From: Octopus bimaculoides
Lineage: Eukaryota
DNA: 64,000 nucleotides
NCBI RefSeq assembly: GCF_001194135.2
Contig: NC_068981.1
Location: 57,101,072-57,165,071 of the forward strand
Direction: 5' to 3'
The position numbers and the translations under genes were made by a program. Under the pieces are notes generated by a model. It ran no database searches, was not told where the DNA came from, and was given only the letters and a program-made list of their open reading frames with translations. This document shows positions 62,083 to 64,000 of this stretch, piece after piece (the stretch's first letter is position 1; every line of letters starts with the position of its first letter).

Positions 62083-62520
62083 TCATAGTGTGGCTGACCA
62101 CTGGGGCACTACTGATGACTTTGCAACCATCTGTCTGTCTTCTGCTTCTTGCACTGCATCTCTCATCTTTAGGCCTCTCCACTCACAGATGTTATTTTCC
62201 CACCTCTTTCTCTGTCTGCCTCTTCCCCCTTTGACTGTTCTTTGAAAGATTGTTTTGGCCATCCCTGATGAGCACATGACATGCCCAAATCACTTGAGCT
62301 TGTGTTCCTTTACTATAGTAAGAAGTTCCTCGTAAGGCCCTATTGCCTGCCTTATTCTTTTTTTCACTTCCTCGTTTGTGACATGATCTCAATATGATAT
62401 TACCAAAAGTCTCCTAAAGCATTTCATCTGTGTAGCCTGGATTCTTCTTTCAATCTTTGCTGTTAGTGTCCATGTCTCACAGACGCACAGGAATATTGAG
62501 TCACAGCCCTGAATTAGGCA
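62083..62520 (-). mobile_element. RTE-clade LINE ORF2 extreme C-terminus (third subfamily)
   Basis: KEHKLK*FGHV..SGMAKTIFQRTVKGGRGRQRKRWENNICEW.GL...AVQEAEDR matches the RTE W.GHV.R / GRGRxRKRW pattern. Confidence 0.8.
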
Positions 62521-64000
62521 CCAGATGGAGAAACCCAATTACTTCACTGACTAAAATGTCAGATTTTTAGATGTTATGCAGGATCCTTAAAATATTTGTA
62601 TGGAGTCAGAGGTGCAATTAATCTTTAACCATACTTATAAGTAATCCTCCTCGTTAAACACTTCTCTGATAGAAAATTTCAAAAGAATATTACGCGACCA
62701 GACATCTTGTTTCCATTTATCTGTAAAACCTACAGCTTTGGTGAAGACAGTCAATATAGTGTTGTGAAAGCTATATTTAACTCTAACCCTCTCACAGGTA
62801 GTGCTGATTATTGGAATTTAGATTCTTTCAGTCTGATAACATTTTGAGATCCTGTGCTGATAAGGTGGCATCTGCATCATTTTGAGTAACAATATTTATT
62901 TCACAAGAGAGATTAATTGTGTGTGTGTGTGAACCAAACCATAATTGCTACACTTATCAAAGAAACTGCACCCACACCACAACCACTCTACATATAAACA
63001 ATGCACAGTTAAAGCCTTCAAACTACCTAGGTTTCTCAGTCTATGTTGATTTTACACAGTGAGCTCACAAGTATAAAACCACTTCCTTCGACCAGCAAAG
63101 GAGTCTATATGCAATCAAGTGATCTGCAAGTATTAACAACCAAATCTTCAAAGTTCACATTACCATCATAAAATGGATGAAGTTACCATTCTATTCCTTT
63201 TCCACCTGCCTCATCATTGTCATCATCATAATCCTCATTATCAAAGAAACTAATGCAATTCTTTCATTCTCATCATCATTTTTACTATAAATGATTCTCT
63301 TGCTTTTCTCAGCTATGTTTTGGGCATAAACATATTTGTAAAAACAATGTTTCTCTTCATCATTATTATATTTGTCACTAGATTCATTGTCACTGTTGAG
63401 CTGATTCAGAAACACTATTTGTTGAAACACATTTCTCTACATTGTAATGCCATGCTTATAGACACATACAAAACATCATTACAGTCTCTACAGCAACAGA
63501 TAAAAAAAAGCAGAGGTTGAGAAAACTGCTAATGGTTTGCATTGGCACAAATTATACAATAGCTGGAAATGTCAGTTTCCTCCTTCCCCACACAAACTTC
63601 ACTCATCTTTTACAGCAAACACTCTTCTTCATCCTTAGATATGAAAAAGCAATAATAAACAAATAACTTTTAGCTTATGTATCCTATCTTCAAAATATCT
63701 ATGAAATTTTAAGTATTCATTTTCCATATTATCTATTTATCTGTCTGTCTGTCTATCTCTCTTTCTCCTTCTCTCTCCCTCTTTCTCTCCCCCTCTGTTT
63801 GTAATGTGTGTGTGTGTGTGTGTGTGTGTGTGGAAAAGAACCAAGTTTATTATCTTTATCTTATGATATTTACTTTGTATTATATTATACTCATTTATTG
63901 TGCTTTTAATTATTAATTTTTCTATGTGATAGTGGATTTTCATCGATGAGTTCTTGAAACTTGGTTCTTTTCCCTAAAACTATATATTTTTAAAGTGAAG

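Noticed and set aside
62638-62817. Start-less 60-codon minus frame (..KWKQDVWSRNILLKFSIREVFNEEDYL*)
   Set aside because: Within chance expectation; no homology recognised, and a stop sits at the putative donor.

Overview
AT-rich, microsatellite-dense eukaryotic (animal) genomic DNA with 13 N-gaps. No complete protein-coding gene, rRNA, intact tRNA or CRISPR array is supported. Almost all ORFs in the supplied track are artefacts of (TA)n/(CA)n runs or N-gaps. The repeat families resemble those I associate with coleoid cephalopod (Octopus-like) genomes; this is inference from recall, not a database result. Most recognisable sequence is mobile-element debris: ~20 copies or fragments of a bipartite tRNA-derived SINE with an internal microsatellite, other tRNA-SINE families, RTE-clade LINE fragments and (GAT)n tails of several ages (one young family carries a C4HC3 PHD-type finger inside its RT region), CR1/L2-like LINE remnants, a Tigger/pogo transposase remnant, and TTAA-flanked piggyBac-like MITEs. 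The best finding is a set of three unrelated hammerhead-ribozyme-like motifs of the minimal type-I, Penelope-associated architecture. The one at 53145-53280 has an intact catalytic core and an unusually long helix II, inside a ~650-bp non-coding element lying between (TA)n tracts; a 3'-end fragment of that element recurs at 2548-2584. The one at 54901-54940 abuts an inverted tRNA-SINE head, a candidate Penelope-mobilised SINE. Also notable are two diverged, tandem, protein-like segments of unknown family at 31-33 kb (minus strand), weak host-exon candidates, and several fold-back structures.
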